The translations under genes and the position numbers were made by a program. Of a DNA stretch of 32,000 nt, positions 30,165 to 32,000 are shown one piece after another. Under the pieces are notes generated by a model, which was not told the DNA's origin, ran no database searches, and was given only the letters and a program-made list of their open reading frames with translations. Every line of letters starts with the position of its first letter. Positions within the stretch are counted from its first letter, which is position 1. The stretch is from positions 120,001 to 152,000 of the forward strand of contig NZ_CP092368.1 in assembly GCF_025021925.1 (NCBI RefSeq), read 5' to 3'. Source of the DNA: Candidatus Saccharimonadota bacterium. Lineage in GTDB: Bacteria; Pseudomonadota; Alphaproteobacteria; Rickettsiales; Anaplasmataceae.

Positions 30165-30863
30165 ATGTATAAGACTATCATTGTATATTGTATAATCTCT
30201 TTACTGTTTTCATATACGAATTTATATGGAAATATATATACTAATTTTAATAAAACTGAAAATGAATTGTATCAATCAGGATATTCTCTATTTGTAAATA
30301 AAAAATATTTACAAGTAATTCAATTATATCAAAATATGGAATCTATATATCCTGGTACGTATTATACACTGCAGATACAATTATTATCTAGTATTTCTAG
30401 CTATAAAACAGGTCAATACGCACATGCCATTAGCAATATAGAGAATTATATATATAAGTGTAATATACGTAATAACATAAATATACCATATGTATATTAT
30501 TTAAGAATATTATTCTATTATATGCATATTCATAATATCAAGTTCGGACAAGAAACTGCATATAAAACTCTAGAATTTGCTAGAACATATATAGAGTTAT
30601 TTTTAGATAGTAAATATCTAAATGAAGTGCAACAAATAGAAAAAAGAGTAATAAATCATATTGCATATAGTGAATATTCTATAGGTAAATTTTACCTACA
30701 GCATGGTAAATACTTATCATCAATTATATGTTTTCAAAATATATTAAAAAAATACAAAAATAGTGACTATTATAGTAAAGTAATAAAAAACCTAATAATT
30801 GCTTATTCGGCTTTAGGGCTATATCAAGAAGCGTATTACTGTCAAAATGATATTTTATATTAA
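30165..30863 (+). CDS. bamD: outer membrane protein assembly factor BamD-like TPR protein
   Basis: 232 aa with a hydrophobic N-terminus and the BamD/YfiO pattern LYQSGYSLFVNKKYLQVIQLYQNMESIYPGTYY...A. No canonical lipobox was recognised. Confidence 0.6.
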   Translation: MYKTIIVYCIISLLFSYTNLYGNIYTNFNKTENELYQSGYSLFVNKKYLQVIQLYQNMESIYPGTYYTLQIQLLSSISSYKTGQYAHAISNIENYIYKCNIRNNINIPYVYYLRILFYYMHIHNIKFGQETAYKTLEFARTYIELFLDSKYLNEVQQIEKRVINHIAYSEYSIGKFYLQHGKYLSSIICFQNILKKYKNSDYYSKVIKNLIIAYSALGLYQEAYYCQNDILY

Positions 30864-30986
30864 ATTTTATAATATGGTTCTATATATGATGAGTATGAGC
30901 AGTTTTCTTACTCTCCTTAAGTAGTTTTTGTAGATATGTATCTTCACTGTTTATTTAATACTATATAAAACAAAACACTTTAATTT

Positions 30987-32000
30987 TTAAAGTATAAATT
31001 TAGATAAATCTCTCTGCTGTGCAATAGAGGATAATTTATCTTTAACATATTGACTATCTATTAGGAATTTTTTGCTATCTTTATTAGAAGCAATAAAACT
31101 GATTTCATCCAAAAGTTTTTCCATAATAGTATGTAATCTTCTTGCACCTATATTTTCTATTTCTCTATTAACCTTATATGTCATTTCAGCTATTGCTTCA
31201 ATTCCGTCATTCGTGAACTCAAGTATGACATTCTCTGTTTTTATTAATGCTATATATTGTTTTATTAAACTTGATTCTGTATCTCTTAATATTCTTACTA
31301 GATCTTCTTGAGTCAGAGCTTTCAACTCTACTCTAATTGGTAATCTGCCCTGCAGTTCTGGCAAAAGATCAGATGGTTTAGCCTGATGAAAAGCACCAGA
31401 TGCAATGAATAGAATATAATCTGTTTTTATATGTCCATACTTGGTTGATACTGTTGTACCCTCTAGTAAAGGTAATAAATCTCGTTGTACTCCTTCTCTA
31501 CTCACTTCACCTTTGATTGCTGTACATGATGCAATTTTATCTATTTCATCTAAAAATACTATTCCTTCATTACTTACAAGATTTAGAGCTTGTTTAATTA
31601 TTTTATCTTCATCCATCAGTTTATCACTTTCTTCATTAATAAGAATTATACGTGCTTCTTTTACTTGTACATTGATTGTTTTTGTTTTTTTATTTCCATT
31701 AAACATTTTACCCATTATTTCTGTGACGTTCATAATTCCAAGCTGAGCACCTGGAATGCCAGAGATATCAAGAGTTGGCAATGTAGAATTGCTTTCTTTA
31801 ACATTGATCGAGACTTTTCCTTCTTCACATTCTTTATTTCTGATTCTTTCTCTAAAAGTGTTTCTACTTGCTTCAGATGCATCTTCACCTACCATAGCAG
31901 TGACAATTCTTTCTTCAGCTAAAAATACAGCTTTTTTATATAAGGCTTTACGTACTTTTTCTTTCACTAAAATTATTGCTTCATCCACTAAATCGCGTAT
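30987..32000 (-). CDS. hslU: ATP-dependent protease ATPase subunit HslU (N-terminus lies beyond the window end)
   Basis: GIVFLDEIDKIA, SREGVQRDLLPLLEGTTVSTKYG, ILFIASGAF, ELQGRLPIRVEL and GARRLHT. The ORF is still open at base 32000. Confidence 0.95.
   Translation of the reverse strand: MRDLVDEAIILVKEKVRKALYKKAVFLAEERIVTAMVGEDASEASRNTFRERIRNKECEEGKVSINVKESNSTLPTLDISGIPGAQLGIMNVTEIMGKMFNGNKKTKTINVQVKEARIILINEESDKLMDEDKIIKQALNLVSNEGIVFLDEIDKIASCTAIKGEVSREGVQRDLLPLLEGTTVSTKYGHIKTDYILFIASGAFHQAKPSDLLPELQGRLPIRVELKALTQEDLVRILRDTESSLIKQYIALIKTENVILEFTNDGIEAIAEMTYKVNREIENIGARRLHTIMEKLLDEISFIASNKDSKKFLIDSQYVKDKLSSIAQQRDLSKFIL

Noticed and set aside
31072-31922. Three plus-strand ORFs (31072-31311, 31441-31746, 31590-31922) opposite hslU.
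   Set aside because: These are shadow ORFs antisense to a strongly conserved HslU coding sequence. Their translations are low-complexity with no motifs.
1-32000. CRISPR arrays, IS elements/transposases, integrases, prophage or defence islands.
   Set aside because: I saw no regularly spaced direct repeats and no ORF with transposase, integrase or phage motifs. The flanks of the tRNA-Ser gene are short and carry no integrase or attachment-site-like duplication.

Overview
This is a very AT-rich bacterial chromosome segment (by eye about a quarter to a third G+C; not computed). It carries about 28 housekeeping protein genes, one tRNA-Ser(GCU) and one clearly decayed gene (surE). The gene set includes ALA synthase hemA, fused ispDF, an NDUFS4-like complex I accessory protein, a SURF1 tail, purF, a short-form malic enzyme, BamD, HslU and the TilS-FtsH pair. 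Together with the gene-sized non-coding spacers, this points to a reduced-genome alphaproteobacterium of the Rickettsiales. It looks most like Anaplasmataceae of the Ehrlichia type, because the purine and MEP pathways are retained. That taxonomic call is inference only. I found no transposase, integrase, phage, CRISPR, toxin-antitoxin or defence-type genes, and no convincing novel multi-gene system. The observations worth a second look are: (1) surE is broken by one nonsense codon and two frameshifts. (2) Two full-length ORFs have lost their catalytic metal-binding motifs, an M32 carboxypeptidase homologue without HExxH and a SuhB/IMPase homologue without its DPxDGT and WD motifs. (3) A PyrK/FNR-like protein lacks its FAD-binding domain. 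(4) Two statistically improbable perfect palindromes sit in regulatory positions, 48 bp ending 4 nt before the hemA start codon and 33 bp in the divergent spacer upstream of purF. (5) Four TTGAC half-sites cluster upstream of mnmA, and a short ATCTC/GAGAT hairpin motif recurs in spacers. (6) Four non-coding spacers measure 480-760 bp. All protein calls rest on motif recognition in the supplied translations; no database search was possible.
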